This document shows positions 48,497 through 58,792 of a stretch of DNA of 64,000 nt, in pieces (the first letter of the stretch is position 1; each line of letters starts with the position of its first letter). The stretch comes from Tubiluchus corallicola. Lineage: Eukaryota; Animalia; Priapulida. The stretch lies in the NCBI GenBank assembly GCA_030141605.1, contig JAQGDQ010002385.1, positions 228,838 to 292,837 on the forward strand. Reading direction: 5' to 3'. Under the pieces are notes generated by a model, which saw only the letters and a list, made by a program, of their open reading frames with translations, was not told where the DNA came from and searched no databases. Position numbers and translations under genes: made by a program.

Positions 48497-49906
48497 ATGC
48501 AAGATTTTATTCATACCAAGCGATGCTCTCCTAAAAAAAGCAATGACAGTTATAACAATTTCCACGAAACTTTTCTTCCTTTTTCAAAAGAAAAAACAAC
48601 CCAACAGGCAGGCCGATGCGGAACATGCGCGATTCCCTTTTGCCAATTCGGTTGCCCTCTCGGAAATTTTATTCCAGACTGGCTGCAGCTCACCGCTGAA
48701 AAACATTATAAAAAAGCATGGGAAGTCGCAACAAAAACAAATCCTCTTCCTGAAATATGCGGTCGTATATGCCCTCAAGAAAATTTATGTGAGAAATTTT
48801 GCGTCCTTGAGCAATCCGGTCATGGCGCTGTAACAATTGGCGCGATTGAAAAATTCCTCGGGGATAATGCATTCGAAAACCAATGGGCTCAACCCATTAT
48901 TCCAGAAAAAGAACAAGCAGCTTCTATCGGTATTATCGGTGCTGGGCCCGCTGGTCTCTCCGCTGCTTATGAGCTCCGAAAAAACGGATACCAAATCCAT
49001 ATCTACGATCAGCATGATAAACCTGGCGGACTCCTAACATACGGTATCCCCAGCTTTAAACTCGATAAAACAGTCGTCCAAAAACAAATCAGCCGACTGG
49101 AGAATTCCCATATTCATTTCCATTGCAATAGCCATATTGGAAAAGATATCCCCTTTAGTGAGCTTAGAAAAAAACACGATGCTCTTTTTATCGCAACAGG
49201 GCTCTATAAAAACCAACTGATAAATATTGACGGCGCTCATCTCCATAATGTCGTTCAGGCCTTTGATTACCTTATCGCTTCCAACCGAAAAGGATTCGCC
49301 GAAACTGTCAAAGACTTTGAAAATGGTCTTCTCAACGCGCAAGGAAAACATGTCGTCATTATCGGTGGCGGAGACACCGCTATTGATTGCTGCAATACCG
49401 CGTTACGACAAAACGCGGCTTCCGTAACAAGTGTCGGGCGACGAAACGAAAACGAGGCATCCGCAGCTATGAAAGATCAAAAACTAGCAGAACAAGGCGG
49501 AACACATTTTCATTGGCTCTCCGCGGTAAACAGATTAGAAGGAAAAACAACTGTAGAGCGCGTTCATGCCATCAAAATTAAGCGAGACTATACACCAGAA
49601 GGAAAACCCGTAAGCACCCCTCTTTCTGGAACAGAATTCTCTCTCAAAGCTGATATGGTCATTGAAGCTATGGGCGCCAAACCTGAAAACCTTCCGGAAA
49701 TCTTCCAGGAAACAGCCTTGGAAACAACCGACTCAGGAGCTGTGAAAACACTCAAGGATACAACAGAAACAAGCCTCCCTGGTGTTTTTGCCGGAGGTGA
49801 TATTGTTCGTGGCGCCTCTCTCGCTGTCTATGCTATCCTAGACGGAAAAAAAGCCGCCAGCCATATCGATAATTATCTTCAGAGAAAAACATACGTCACC
49901 CTTTAA
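48497..49906 (+). CDS. gltD: Glutamate synthase small subunit
   Basis: RCGTCAIPFCQFGCP, ICGRICPQENLCEKFC, GAGPAG, GGGDTA and RGASL motifs; upstream of gltB. Confidence 0.93.
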   Translation: MQDFIHTKRCSPKKSNDSYNNFHETFLPFSKEKTTQQAGRCGTCAIPFCQFGCPLGNFIPDWLQLTAEKHYKKAWEVATKTNPLPEICGRICPQENLCEKFCVLEQSGHGAVTIGAIEKFLGDNAFENQWAQPIIPEKEQAASIGIIGAGPAGLSAAYELRKNGYQIHIYDQHDKPGGLLTYGIPSFKLDKTVVQKQISRLENSHIHFHCNSHIGKDIPFSELRKKHDALFIATGLYKNQLINIDGAHLHNVVQAFDYLIASNRKGFAETVKDFENGLLNAQGKHVVIIGGGDTAIDCCNTALRQNAASVTSVGRRNENEASAAMKDQKLAEQGGTHFHWLSAVNRLEGKTTVERVHAIKIKRDYTPEGKPVSTPLSGTEFSLKADMVIEAMGAKPENLPEIFQETALETTDSGAVKTLKDTTETSLPGVFAGGDIVRGASLAVYAILDGKKAASHIDNYLQRKTYVTL

Positions 49907-49965
49907 AAATTATAATATTTATATCTAACGAATACAGGCAATATCAATATAAGGAAAATTCTTCC

Positions 49966-52900
49966 ATGAATAATGACTGGCAGGAAAATGGGCAGAAATT
50001 CGTAGCGCAGTGGAAAAAAAACAGCCAACATCTGGCAGAAAACGGCCTTTATTCCCCTGAACACGAGCATAGCGCCTGTGGTGTTGGTATGATCTCATCT
50101 CTGGATGGGAAATGTAGACGCGACGTTGTCGAAATGGCTATTGAAGCTCTTAAGCGCGTCTGGCATCGCGGTGCTGTCGATGCAGATGGAAAAACAGGCG
50201 ACGGAGCCGGCATCCATTTGCGAATCTCAGAAAATTTCTTCCTCAACCATATCAGACGAACAGGCCATGAGCCTAAAAAAAATAATAAAATAGCTGTCGG
50301 TATGATCTTTCTTCCAAGAACAAACCTCGACGAACAAGAAGAATGCCGTTCTATCATAGAAAGTGAAGTCCTTAACGAAGAGCTTAAGCTCTTTGGATGG
50401 CGGCAAGTTCCCATCAATACAAATATCATCGGTGAAAAAGCAAACACAACTCGGCCCGCCATTGAACAGATCATCATGCATGACCCAAAACAACGGGAAG
50501 AAGAAGAATTTGAGCGCCTTCTCCTTATTATACGGCGCCGAATTGAAAAAAAAATCCTCGCGCAGCATATTAAAAATTTCTATATATGCTCCCTTTCATG
50601 CCGTTCCATTATCTACAAAGGGATGTTTCTCGCTCAACAGCTCGCTGACTTTTACCCTGACTTGCTAGATAAGCGATTTACATCCGACTTTGCTATCTTT
50701 CACCAGCGATACTCAACCAATACCTTCCCAACATGGAATCTCGCGCAACCCTTTCGTATGCTCGCTCATAACGGCGAAATCAATACCCTAACTGGTAACA
50801 TAAACTGGACAAAAGCCCATGAGCCTAAAATGGACTCTCCCCTTTTTAAAACAGCATTGGAAGATATAAAACCCATCATACAACCTGGCGTTTCTGACTC
50901 TGCTGCTTTAGATGCTCTCTTTGAGGTTCTTGTTCGGTCTGGGCGGTCTGCACCTATGGTTAAATCCTTAATGATTCCACAATCTATCGAAAATGATAAT
51001 ACTATCTCCCCTGAGCATAAAGCCTTCATTACATATTGCAACACCGTTCTGGAGCCATGGGATGGGCCTGCCGCAGTCTGCGCGACAGATGGACAGTGGC
51101 TTGTTGCTGGCCTTGATAGAAATGGGCTGAGACCATTACGGTATGCAATCAGCAAAAAAAATATCCTCGCCGTAGGATCCGAAACCGGTATGGTCGATAT
51201 TCACCAACGTGATATTCTCTGTAAAGGGCGCATAGGGCCTGGGCAAAATATCGGCGTCAACCTTAAAAGCGGAAAATTCTATAGTGACAAAGCCCTAAAA
51301 AATAAACTCTCAAAATGCCAAAAATGGGGCGAATGGACACAACGAACAATTTCCCTCGATAGCCTCCTTAAACAAAAGGCGACAAAGCCAACACCTGTTC
51401 TTAAAACAAATGATCATTATAAAAGATGCCAGATAACATGGGGGCAAACACAGGAAATGCTCGATACAATCCTTTCCCCAATGGTCATAACAGGAAACGA
51501 GGCGACTGCTTCCATGGGAGACGATACGCCACTGGCCGTCCTTTCTGAAAATTGGCGTCCTATGCACCATTATTTCCGGCAAAGCTTCAGTCAGGTAACC
51601 AATCCTCCTATCGACTCTCTGCGAGAACGAAATGTCATGACTCTCAGCACACGGCTTGGAAACCTTGGCAATATCCTTGAGGAAAAATCAAACCAATGTG
51701 ACGTTCTGCACCTCACTTCTCCTGTCTTGCTAAACCACGAATATGACGCCATTCTCGGCTATATGAACAAAAATGTCACTATTATCGACTGCACCTTTCC
51801 AAAAAACGAGAAAGAATCCGGCCTTAGAAACGCTCTTGATCATATCAGAACAACAGCAGAGAATGCCGTTAAAAACGGATGCGAACATATCGTCCTGTCC
51901 GACATGAATATCAGCGCCAATAGAATACCCGTTCCCGCCATTCTCGCAACAGGCGCCGTTCATACATGGCTTGTTCATAAAAACCTACGGACCTTTACTT
52001 CTCTCAATGTCCGAAGCGGAGAATGCGCCGATGTACACTATTTTGCTGTCCTTATCGGAACCGGCGCAACAACCGTTAATAGCTGGATGGCAGAAGAGAA
52101 TATCCACCGACTTCATGCCCAAGGATATTACAAAGATCTCCCTCTTGAAACATGCCTTAAAAACTATAAAAGCGCTATCAATAAAGGGCTTCTTAAAATC
52201 ATGTCCAAGCTTGGAATCGGCGTTATCAGCTCATGGCGTGGCGGCTATAATTTTGAAGTCATCGGAATTTCCCGATCGCTTGTGCGTGAATTCTTCCCTG
52301 CTATGCGCTCCAGAATCTCAGGGATGGGGCTTTCTGGGATTGCAAAAACACTCATAGAAGCCCATGATAAAGCCTGGAATATCTCAGCAGCAGATCTCCC
52401 TGTCGGTGACTATTTCCGTTATCGTAAAAATAGCGAGGAGGAGCATGGGCACAGCCCGGAAGCCATCCTGCTCCTTCATGAGGCTGTCAGAACAGCCTCC
52501 TATAAAACATACAGGAAATTTACAAAGAAAATATACCAGCGGAAACCCGTGCAACTTCGTGATCTTATCCAATTTAAAATCGACGATAAGCCTCTAGAAA
52601 ATAAAGATATACAATCCATTACAGACATTCGTAAACATTTTGTCGTGCCCGCAATGTCACATGGAGCTCTCAGCACAGAAGCGCATGAAACAATCGCTAT
52701 TGCCATGAATAGAATCGGCGCTAAATCAAATGCCGGCGAGGGTGGTGAAAATCCCGATCGTTTCTCACCTAAACGAAACGGTGATAACGCCTGCTCCGCG
52801 ATTAAACAAGTCGCCTCGGGGCGTTTTGGCGTCACAGCAGAATATCTTAATAACTGCCGTGAAATACAAATCAAAATGGCACAAGGCGCAAAACCAGGAG

Positions 52901-54456
52901 AAGGCGGGCAACTCATGGGATTTAAAGTCTCTGAGGAAATTGCGAAACTTCGCTATTCAACCCCTGGTATCACCCTGATATCACCGCCACCACACCATGA
53001 TATATATTCTATCGAAGATCTTGCGCAACTTATTTATGACCTAAAACAAATTAACCCAACCGCAAAAATAGGTGTTAAACTTGTCGCGCGAGAAGGAATC
53101 GGAACAATCGCCGCAGGAGTCGCCAAAGCTATGGCCGACATCATTCTTATTTCCGGCGCAGACGGCGGAACAGGCGCAAGTCCACAATCCAGTATCAAAT
53201 ATACAGGAATGCCATGGGAAATCGGTCTTGCTGAAGCTCACCAGGTTCTTACCCTTAATCGCCTTCGACACCGTGTAACGCTTCGAGTTGACGGCGCGCT
53301 GAAAACAGGAAAAGATGTCGCTATCGCCGCTATACTCGGCGCGGAAGAATTTGGATTTGGAACAGCTTCCCTTCTTGCCATGGGGTGTCTTATGGTACGA
53401 CAATGCCACTCAAATGCATGTCCTGTGGGGATATGCACCCAAAGAGAAGAGCTCCGAAAACATTTCAAAGGAAAGCCTGAACATCTTGTCAATTATTTCA
53501 CTTTTATCGCGCAGGAGGTTCAGGAAATTCTCTCAACCGTTGGGGTAACCTCTCTTCAAAAACTTATCGGCCATACAGAGCTACTCGCTCAAATTAGCAA
53601 AGGAAGCGAACGCCTCGATGATCTGGATCTCAATCCCATACTCGCACAAGCAGAGCGAGGAGATTACCCTCAGCATTGCACAATAAAAGGGCGAAATGAA
53701 ATCGCAGACTCCCTGGACGCTCAAATTATAAATGACGCCTACCCAACACTGGAATGGGGGGAGAAAATGCAGCTGACGTACCAAGTGCGAAATACACATC
53801 GTGCCGTCGGAACACGTCTTAGCGCCAGTATTGTAAAGCGCTACACACAAAACACCCTCTCAGACGATCACCTCACCATAACGTTAAAAGGATCCGCAGG
53901 GCAATCTCTCGGCGCATTCGCTGTCAAAGGGCTTACTATAGAAGTCATGGGAGACGCTAATGATTATGTCGGGAAGGGACTCTCCGGCGGAATTATTACA
54001 GTCCGCCCACCTCTTGAATCCACAATCGTCTCAAATGAAAATACAATCATCGGAAATACAATTCTCTACGGCGCGACAAGTGGACAGCTCTATGCCGCGG
54101 GGCAAGCCGGAGAGCGATTCTGCGTCAGAAACTCAGGCGCTATCGCCGTTATAGAAGGATGCGGCTCTAATGGATGCGAGTATATGACAGGTGGAATCGC
54201 TGTCATTCTCGGAGAAATCGGCAGTAACTTTGCCGCTGGCATGACTGGTGGAACAGCCTTTGTATTTGATCCAAACAACCATTTTGAAAATTACGTCAAC
54301 GCCGGATCAGTCCAATGGAAAAAACCTGATACACAAATAAAGACGCTTCAGTCCCTTATCGATAATCATATCAAACGAACAGATTCCAAAATCGCTCGTG
54401 ATATCCTCTCTCTTCCAAACTGGCACCAGAATTTCTGGCAGGTCATCCCTAAATAA
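49966..54456 (+). CDS. gltB: Glutamate synthase large subunit
   Basis: EHSACGVG (catalytic Cys), HQRYSTNTFP, QVASGRFG, QGAKPGEGG, CLMVRQCHSNACP and GXGXG domain. Confidence 0.98.
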   Translation: MNNDWQENGQKFVAQWKKNSQHLAENGLYSPEHEHSACGVGMISSLDGKCRRDVVEMAIEALKRVWHRGAVDADGKTGDGAGIHLRISENFFLNHIRRTGHEPKKNNKIAVGMIFLPRTNLDEQEECRSIIESEVLNEELKLFGWRQVPINTNIIGEKANTTRPAIEQIIMHDPKQREEEEFERLLLIIRRRIEKKILAQHIKNFYICSLSCRSIIYKGMFLAQQLADFYPDLLDKRFTSDFAIFHQRYSTNTFPTWNLAQPFRMLAHNGEINTLTGNINWTKAHEPKMDSPLFKTALEDIKPIIQPGVSDSAALDALFEVLVRSGRSAPMVKSLMIPQSIENDNTISPEHKAFITYCNTVLEPWDGPAAVCATDGQWLVAGLDRNGLRPLRYAISKKNILAVGSETGMVDIHQRDILCKGRIGPGQNIGVNLKSGKFYSDKALKNKLSKCQKWGEWTQRTISLDSLLKQKATKPTPVLKTNDHYKRCQITWGQTQEMLDTILSPMVITGNEATASMGDDTPLAVLSENWRPMHHYFRQSFSQVTNPPIDSLRERNVMTLSTRLGNLGNILEEKSNQCDVLHLTSPVLLNHEYDAILGYMNKNVTIIDCTFPKNEKESGLRNALDHIRTTAENAVKNGCEHIVLSDMNISANRIPVPAILATGAVHTWLVHKNLRTFTSLNVRSGECADVHYFAVLIGTGATTVNSWMAEENIHRLHAQGYYKDLPLETCLKNYKSAINKGLLKIMSKLGIGVISSWRGGYNFEVIGISRSLVREFFPAMRSRISGMGLSGIAKTLIEAHDKAWNISAADLPVGDYFRYRKNSEEEHGHSPEAILLLHEAVRTASYKTYRKFTKKIYQRKPVQLRDLIQFKIDDKPLENKDIQSITDIRKHFVVPAMSHGALSTEAHETIAIAMNRIGAKSNAGEGGENPDRFSPKRNGDNACSAIKQVASGRFGVTAEYLNNCREIQIKMAQGAKPGEGGQLMGFKVSEEIAKLRYSTPGITLISPPPHHDIYSIEDLAQLIYDLKQINPTAKIGVKLVAREGIGTIAAGVAKAMADIILISGADGGTGASPQSSIKYTGMPWEIGLAEAHQVLTLNRLRHRVTLRVDGALKTGKDVAIAAILGAEEFGFGTASLLAMGCLMVRQCHSNACPVGICTQREELRKHFKGKPEHLVNYFTFIAQEVQEILSTVGVTSLQKLIGHTELLAQISKGSERLDDLDLNPILAQAERGDYPQHCTIKGRNEIADSLDAQIINDAYPTLEWGEKMQLTYQVRNTHRAVGTRLSASIVKRYTQNTLSDDHLTITLKGSAGQSLGAFAVKGLTIEVMGDANDYVGKGLSGGIITVRPPLESTIVSNENTIIGNTILYGATSGQLYAAGQAGERFCVRNSGAIAVIEGCGSNGCEYMTGGIAVILGEIGSNFAAGMTGGTAFVFDPNNHFENYVNAGSVQWKKPDTQIKTLQSLIDNHIKRTDSKIARDILSLPNWHQNFWQVIPK

Positions 54457-54475
54457 ACCTTATAAATAAATATAT

Positions 54476-55234
54476 TTACTTGCGAAGAGCTTCCACCGCC
54501 TTCTGAAGAGCGGGATATTCTTGATAACCACGAACCACTTCACCCGCAATGATATAAGATGGTGTTCCCTGAATACCTAACATACCTGCCGATTGTATAT
54601 TATCCTGCAAAATTTCCATTATCTCCTGCGTAAAGGCCATCTCCTTAACCTTTTCACTATCAACTTCCATTGATTCCAGTAGTCCCATTAAACGCTCTTG
54701 TGTTATATCTCCACGCATCGCCATCAGCTCAGAATGAAACGCTCCATAATGATCTTGAGATACCAGCCATAACGCTGTTGAAAAACGCGAAGCTAACTCT
54801 GACTGTGGTCCTAAAATCGGCATTTCCGCAAAAATAATGCGCACATCCGGATTTTCCTCCGTAAGCTTCAGCAGCAAAAGATAGCTTTTTTTACAATAGC
54901 TGCACCGATAATCCATAAACTCTACAAAAGAAATCGCCCCTTCCGGATTGCCTATAAAAGGATAATCTCCCTCAAAATATTTATCTTCCACAACAGTATA
55001 AAGATTTTCCTGCTCTGTAATAAAATATTGATTCAAAACCTCAACAAGTTTTGCGGGATTTTCTTCAAAATAACTCTCTATCAAACGAAAAACTTCCGCC
55101 TCCTGCTCTAAGGTAAATACTTGAGCCGCGACTTGAGAACGAGATTTTAAAGAATGCGTGAACCACAGAGTAAACAATACTAATATTCCTCCAAAAATAA
55201 AGCATAGCAACACACAAACACATCTTTTTTTCAT
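54476..55234 (-). CDS. DsbA family (Com1-like) thiol:disulfide oxidoreductase
   Basis: N-terminal TM, VEFMDYRCSYCK, EMPILG and cis-Pro GTPS. Confidence 0.9.
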   Translation of the reverse strand: MKKRCVCVLLCFIFGGILVLFTLWFTHSLKSRSQVAAQVFTLEQEAEVFRLIESYFEENPAKLVEVLNQYFITEQENLYTVVEDKYFEGDYPFIGNPEGAISFVEFMDYRCSYCKKSYLLLLKLTEENPDVRIIFAEMPILGPQSELASRFSTALWLVSQDHYGAFHSELMAMRGDITQERLMGLLESMEVDSEKVKEMAFTQEIMEILQDNIQSAGMLGIQGTPSYIIAGEVVRGYQEYPALQKAVEALRK

Positions 55235-55296
55235 GACTCGTATTTCCTTTTCAGTTTAACCTGTTTAATTGAGCATAGCAGAAAGTAAAAATATCC

Positions 55297-56646
55297 CTAC
55301 CTTTTTTTTTGAGACTGAATCTGACGCGCTGCCGACTTTATATCTTCACTTTGCAACCAATATCGATCACCGTAAGAAAATAAAGATGACACTTTTTCCG
55401 CAAGACGAATCGCTGTCGCATATTCCCCTCGCAACAAAGCTTCTTCCGCTAACGCCAAATCCGCCAGCGCCAAATTGTCGTTCCGGCCATGCGCTATTGC
55501 TAGCTGGCGCCAGCCATATGATGACCAGCGATTCAAATCCAAAGCAATCGACAAATGCTCAATGGCCTCATTCAAAAACGACTTGTTTCTCGCCTCTAGC
55601 AAAGCGCGCCCTAACATTATACGAAACTCCGCCACGCGAGGCATCAAAGCAACCGAGCGACGATAGGAAGCTATCGCTTGGTCAATCTCACCAAAATCAA
55701 ATAAAATCTGTCCTTTTAACTCATGAAAAAAAGGATTTTCCGGCTCACGTGATAATAAAATATCCAGCTCGAAAAGCGCCTTTCTTAATTCACTACTACG
55801 ATACCAGGCCACCGCACGCGCGTAATAAGCCGCTGTCGTGTTATCACTCTCTGGGTAAGAGGAAAAAACATGATTTTTAGAATAAGACCAGCCCACAAGT
55901 TTTGCCTTAATACGGCGAAAACGCTCCTGAAGATCCTCTGGTATAAACTGATCCGAATAAGGCGACTTCTTTAAATGCGCTTCCACGGCCGCTATACGAT
56001 CCGCTGTCAACGGGTGAGTCTGCCCCCAAATAACGTAGCTATCAAGCCCTTGCGATTCCATTGAGCGCAGCTTCTGAAAAAACGATAACAAACCTGCGGA
56101 AGTCCAACCCGCAGAATCTAAGAACGATAAAGCTGCGCTATCCGCCTGCCCCTCAAAAGCACGACTATACGCAAAATGATGAGAATATGACGAAAAAATC
56201 CCCCCCTGTAACAATGTCGTTCCAATAACAGGATCTCCCGCAAATATTACAGCTCCCAAAGCCGCGAAAGTAGATAAAAGCTGAATTAACTGCGACTGCT
56301 GACTCTGCTGTTCACCCCGAGCAAGATGCCCGCTGCTGATATGCGCAAGTTCATGCGCAATAACACCAGCAAGCTGCTCTGGTGTATCAACCGCTAATAA
56401 AAAACCTGTATTGAAAAAAATCGTTTGACCCGCAGCAACAAATGCGTTAATAGACGAATCTGAAAGAATAAAATAACGCATAGACTCATCGCTAATCCCA
56501 GACGCTTCAAGTAAAGGAAAGGACAAATCCTGAAGATATATTTCCGTTTCAACATCAGAGACAACACGAACATTCGCCCATAAAACAGGTATGTTGAAGC
56601 TGCATAAAACAAAAAACGCCAATACTATAAAAAACCTTCTTACCAC
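55297..56646 (-). CDS. M48 family metalloprotease with TPRs (BepA-like)
   Basis: Signal peptide, INAFV, VIAHELAH, YSR..E..AD, THP and C-terminal TPRs. Confidence 0.92.
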   Translation of the reverse strand: MVRRFFIVLAFFVLCSFNIPVLWANVRVVSDVETEIYLQDLSFPLLEASGISDESMRYFILSDSSINAFVAAGQTIFFNTGFLLAVDTPEQLAGVIAHELAHISSGHLARGEQQSQQSQLIQLLSTFAALGAVIFAGDPVIGTTLLQGGIFSSYSHHFAYSRAFEGQADSAALSFLDSAGWTSAGLLSFFQKLRSMESQGLDSYVIWGQTHPLTADRIAAVEAHLKKSPYSDQFIPEDLQERFRRIKAKLVGWSYSKNHVFSSYPESDNTTAAYYARAVAWYRSSELRKALFELDILLSREPENPFFHELKGQILFDFGEIDQAIASYRRSVALMPRVAEFRIMLGRALLEARNKSFLNEAIEHLSIALDLNRWSSYGWRQLAIAHGRNDNLALADLALAEEALLRGEYATAIRLAEKVSSLFSYGDRYWLQSEDIKSAARQIQSQKKR

Positions 56647-56875
56647 AGCCCTGCGCTCACCTCATCTGTCAGAATAATTACTTTACCCTATAAACTAGCA
56701 AGATAAATCCCATTGAGCAAGAGCCGTTGCAAACTATTAGATGAACTCCACATAAAAGAAACATCTCTTACTAACAATCGACTAACAACAATTATTGTAG
56801 AAATATTATAAAATAAACTATAATCAAATCCATATACCAAAGTGAACAGTCTTTATAGAAAGGATTCCCCTTATT

Positions 56876-57751
56876 ATGAGAAGCATTTTCCTTGCTCTCG
56901 CTGCTTTCTCCATTTACTCCGCTGTCGACGCTTCAATAAAATGGATCATGACTCTCTCTGAGAATCCTCTCTCTCCCCCTGTTGTTTACTTTTTAAATAT
57001 CCTCGTTGGAACAATCGCAACAGCGACTCTCGCCTATAAAAAAGGAAAGTTCAGACTATTTATACCTAAACGCCCCTCCCTTCTTATCTTGCGAGGACTC
57101 ACCGGAGGAGGGAACGCTCTATGCGTCTTTTACGCTTTCTCGCAACTTCCCATGTCAAACGTCTATGCCATCCTCTTTACAACACCTATATTTATTACTA
57201 TTTTATCTATTCCTCTTTTAGGAGAGACTATCAGATGGAGGCGATGGACTGCTATTCTTGTCGGATTCTGCGGAGTCCTTATCATTCTCAGACCAACCGG
57301 CGACAGTTTTGTCGTTCTTCCTTCATCTATCGCTCTGCTTGCCGCTGTTCTCTCAGCCTCAACGCTCATTCTTATCAGAAAAGCATCACAGCAAAACCAC
57401 AATATTACTATTGTTTTCTATGGTAACTTCACAGGGCTTCTCTTTGCTACCTGCTTTATGCCCTTCTTTTTCGATACTATAAACATCAACCAAATTTTCT
57501 TTTTCATAATTATCGGAACATGCGCAAGCGCCGCGACTCTCCTTATAACAGAAGCTTTTGCAACTGGAAACGCTTCTTTGGTCGCCCCTTTTCAATACTC
57601 ACAAATTCTATGGGGGATATTATGGGGCTTTATTCTCTTTAAAGATCAGCCGGATTCATGGGTTCTTATCGGTGCTGTAATCGTGATCGGAAGCGGTATT
57701 TATATCATGATGCGACAGCGAAAAAATAGAGAGCAAAATAGCGAAACATAA
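56876..57751 (+). CDS. DMT/EamA family transporter
   Basis: About 10 TM; LGETIRWRRW..GF.GVLIILRP and APFQYSQ motifs. Confidence 0.92.
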   Translation: MRSIFLALAAFSIYSAVDASIKWIMTLSENPLSPPVVYFLNILVGTIATATLAYKKGKFRLFIPKRPSLLILRGLTGGGNALCVFYAFSQLPMSNVYAILFTTPIFITILSIPLLGETIRWRRWTAILVGFCGVLIILRPTGDSFVVLPSSIALLAAVLSASTLILIRKASQQNHNITIVFYGNFTGLLFATCFMPFFFDTININQIFFFIIIGTCASAATLLITEAFATGNASLVAPFQYSQILWGILWGFILFKDQPDSWVLIGAVIVIGSGIYIMMRQRKNREQNSET

Positions 57752-57861
57752 ACAATTTTTTAAAAATATCCCATTTTCTATAAAAACTGCTATTCTTGCA
57801 TCCTTTGCTATATATCTTAGCTTTAAACACCAATAAAAGACAAAAAGATGCGCTTCCTTCC

Positions 57862-58725
57862 ATGAAAACAATTATTCTAGCACTCTCTGCGTACATAACC
57901 TATTCTATCATAGATGCCGCTCTAAAATGGATCATGACGGATTCTCCCAACCCCTTACCCCCTCTAGTGACCTATTTCTTTACAATCCTTATGGCAACGC
58001 TCTTTGTTACTCTCTTTATCTGCCATCAGAAAAAACCTCATCTTATTTTGAAACCCAAACAACCCCTCCTCCTTATCTCACGAGGCCTCATCAGCGCAAG
58101 CAGCATCATACTCGCCTATTACGCTTTCTCTCTGCTTCCTCTTGCAAATGTCTATGCTCTTCTCTTTACCATGCCTATATTCATTACACTTTTGTCTATC
58201 CCTATTCTAAAAGAAACCGTCCGCAAACAGCAATGGACTACCATTCTTATCGGTTTTTTTGGAATCATGGTCATTCTGAGACCAAGCGGTAATAATTTTA
58301 TCCTCATTCCTTCTCTTATCGCCCTGCTCGCCGCCTTTATGGACTCTTTCTCTATGACTCTCATTAAAAAAATCGCTCAAAAAGACCATCCTCTTACAAT
58401 CGTCTTTTATGCAAACATCTCCGGGACTATTCTCTCTGCTTTCTCCCTTCCCTTTCTCTTTGAAACAATAACTTTTTCACAAATCCTCTTTTTTATCCTT
58501 ATAGGCGCAGGCGCTGCCCTGGGGACAACTCTTCTGACACGTGCCTTCGCTAAAGGACCAGCCTCCTTCGTCGCTCCTTTCCAATATTCACAAATGCTAT
58601 GGGGAACAATCCTAGGATTTATTATCTTTAAAGACAGACCAGACATAGCCGTACTCGTCGGAGCCGCCATTATTATTGGAAGCGGATTTTACCTTATGAC
58701 TCAACAAAAAAAAAGAGGCGCATAA
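57862..58725 (+). CDS. DMT/EamA family transporter (tandem paralog)
   Basis: Same motifs (LKETVRKQQW, VILRP, APFQYSQ). ATG 57862 chosen by alignment to the upstream paralog. Confidence 0.92.
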   Translation: MKTIILALSAYITYSIIDAALKWIMTDSPNPLPPLVTYFFTILMATLFVTLFICHQKKPHLILKPKQPLLLISRGLISASSIILAYYAFSLLPLANVYALLFTMPIFITLLSIPILKETVRKQQWTTILIGFFGIMVILRPSGNNFILIPSLIALLAAFMDSFSMTLIKKIAQKDHPLTIVFYANISGTILSAFSLPFLFETITFSQILFFILIGAGAALGTTLLTRAFAKGPASFVAPFQYSQMLWGTILGFIIFKDRPDIAVLVGAAIIIGSGFYLMTQQKKRGA

Positions 58726-58740
58726 CCATACCCCTCTTTT
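58711..58740. terminator. Possible bidirectional terminator between the second DMT gene and pgm
   Basis: AAAAGAGG-N14-CCTCTTTT spanning the stop codon, between convergent genes. Confidence 0.4.
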
Positions 58741-58792
58741 GAAAAAAATCATCTTGCTAATCTTCTTCATGGCTTACCAACACAATAGACCA

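Noticed and set aside
48497-54456. gltD upstream of gltB
   Set aside because: Usual order in Alphaproteobacteria; not unusual.
55269-55880. 203-aa + strand ORF, and the many other 60-175 aa overlapping ORFs in the track
   Set aside because: Antisense or off-frame shadows of well-supported genes, with no recognisable motifs or start signals.
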